A stretch of 64,000 nt of DNA from Bacteroidia bacterium (lineage in GTDB: Bacteria; Bacteroidota; Bacteroidia; M30B66), in contig OZ257142.1 in assembly GCA_965279035.1 (NCBI GenBank), positions 3,424,001 through 3,488,000 on the forward strand. The letters run 5' to 3'. This document shows, piece by piece, positions 62,660 through 64,000 of the stretch; the stretch's first letter is position 1, and each line of letters begins with the position of its first letter. The position numbers and the translations under genes are program-made. Under the pieces are notes generated by a model. The model made no database searches and was not told the origin of the DNA. It saw only the letters and a program-made list of their open reading frames with translations.

Positions 62660-63016
62660 ATGAATTGGAAAGTATTGAAAACTGAAGACGATTATAACAA
62701 AGCTTCAATTCGTATGATGGAAATATTTCATGCTGAGCCTAATACTCCTGAAAAAGATGAATTAGACCTGTTGCTTTTGCTTGTAAAAGATTTTGATGAC
62801 AAACATTATCAATTACCAGAGCTTGATGCATTGGAAGTCATTAAATACAAAATGAAAGAAAAAGGAATGAAAGCAAAAGATCTAGAGCCGATAATTGGAA
62901 GCAAAGGTCATGTTTCTGCAATTCTTTCTGGTAAACGTGAGATTACATTAAAAATGGCTCAAAAGCTGAAAAATTACTTTAGCCTTCCAGCTGAAGTTTT
63001 CTTGCATGGTGCTTAA
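62660..63016 (+). CDS. higA: HigA-family HTH antitoxin
   Basis: KTEDDY, DLEPIIGSKGHVSAILSGKREITLKM. Confidence 0.9.
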   Translation: MNWKVLKTEDDYNKASIRMMEIFHAEPNTPEKDELDLLLLLVKDFDDKHYQLPELDALEVIKYKMKEKGMKAKDLEPIIGSKGHVSAILSGKREITLKMAQKLKNYFSLPAEVFLHGA

Positions 63017-63057
63017 TAATGTTTCTTAGTAACGTGATGATAATTTGGCATTTCTGC

Positions 63058-63182
63058 TAACGTTCCGTGGCTTTGCGATGTGCGGAATAGATTAACGTAA
63101 TGCCTCAGATTAGACGAATCTACCCAACAATACGGATGATTCAAAGTAGCTGAAATGCCCGCATATAGCAAAGCCACTGTTA
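63058..63182 (-). repeat. attC-like site 16 (variant stem, empty)
   Basis: TAAC-GTTCC-GTGGCTTTGCGATGTGCGG...CCGCATATAGCAAAGCCAC-T-GTTA. Confidence 0.9.
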
Positions 63183-63195
63183 GAGGCTGACAATT

Positions 63196-64000
63196 TCACT
63201 CCACAATAAATCTTCTAATAAAACTTTCATTTCCATTGATAACTTTTACCCAATACAAACCACATGAAAAATTTAATTCTTTGAGTTGGATTGAATATAA
63301 CAAACTAGAACACTTCGCTTCATAAACAATTGCTCCTTGTGCATTGAAAAGGTATATACTTGGATTTTGAAGATGCGTATTCAATAAACGGATATTCAAA
63401 ATATCTTTTGAAGGATTTGGATAGATTGAAATATCAGACTTAGGTTTTTCAATATACTCAGTATTATTAATTCCAAGTGTATCACAAAAACTTCCATCAA
63501 TTGGCCCTAACCTAAAATTGGCAAAGTTTGAGGGAGAAACGAAGGTTGTTACGTTTTCGGTTGTATCTGAATTAAAAACAAAATCACAAGCAAAGCCAGG
63601 CAAATTAGGTTTACGAATTCTACATAAAGTATTGATTACCGTTGTGTCATTTTCTACAATTTGCCCTGCAAGAAATATTTCTTTTCCATTAGGAGCTATT
63701 TGTGGTGAGTTCGTAATTGTTGTTGATAACAAAGTCCAATTTGAACTATTTAAATCGTATTGCAAGAGAGCTCGACTTAGATCTAAATCAGGCCACGATG
63801 ATCTTCGAATATAAAGCTTAGAGCCATCAGGGCTAATGTTACAGGCATTATGGTCACCATAAGGAATTGAATCTGTTAAATCGTGTACTATTGGATTGCT
63901 TAAAGTGCCCGAACAACGGTCAAAATCGTATTCGTGAAGGTATTTATAACGCTTGCCAGTAAAGTGTAGGAATTTCAATCCATCGAAGGAAAAATATGAA
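63196..64000 (-). CDS. 3' part of a T9SS type A CTD secreted protein (runs off window)
   Basis: IYPNPS...GLYWV..RRFIVE; reading frame open towards the window edge. Confidence 0.8.
   Translation of the reverse strand, partial: SYFSFDGLKFLHFTGKRYKYLHEYDFDRCSGTLSNPIVHDLTDSIPYGDHNACNISPDGSKLYIRRSSWPDLDLSRALLQYDLNSSNWTLLSTTITNSPQIAPNGKEIFLAGQIVENDTTVINTLCRIRKPNLPGFACDFVFNSDTTENVTTFVSPSNFANFRLGPIDGSFCDTLGINNTEYIEKPKSDISIYPNPSKDILNIRLLNTHLQNPSIYLFNAQGAIVYEAKCSSLLYSIQLKELNFSCGLYWVKVINGNESFIRRFIVE

Larger units (their letters stand above)
33359..64000 (-). mobile_element. Integron-like gene cassette array (16 hairpin sites, 15 complete cassettes and 1 partial); integrase not in window
   Basis: Regularly spaced 125-127 bp TAAC...GTTA hairpins. 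Each cassette's two ends are reverse complements over 8-10 nt. Nearly all cargo genes are co-oriented on the minus strand. Confidence 0.9.

Noticed and set aside
33359-63182. CRISPR array interpretation of the repeats
   Set aside because: Repeats are ~126 bp, the intervening segments are 0.4-4.3 kb and carry genes, and no cas genes are present.

Overview
Bacteroidetes-type chromosomal DNA, judged from T9SS C-terminal domains, TAnnTTTG promoters and gene content. Bases 1-26.6 kb are mostly housekeeping genes: glgE 5' end, an acyl-CoA desaturase, a homogentisate phytyltransferase / phytol-kinase-DUF92 cluster, an antiporter, a 7TM-HD hydrolase, murB, a complete IS4 element and icmF. Bases 26.6-33.1 kb are an AT-rich island of O-acylation genes ending in an IS3 element. 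From 33.36 kb to the window end lies an integron-like gene-cassette array: 16 hairpin sites of ~125-127 bp (TAAC...GTTA) delimit 15 complete cassettes and one partial cassette. The cargo includes viperin with a LytTR two-component pair, TA modules, a type IIG R-M pseudogene, T9SS proteins, lipoproteins and a duplicated non-coding cassette. No integrase is in the window. Six apparently identical IS110 elements sit exactly at the predicted G|TT crossover of six sites. Their left non-coding end reads as a bridge RNA whose target guides match the cassette recombination site and whose donor guides match the IS circle junction. The resident hairpin sites also appear to carry a Bacteroidetes promoter in their loop. 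All family assignments are from motif recognition by eye, not database searches.
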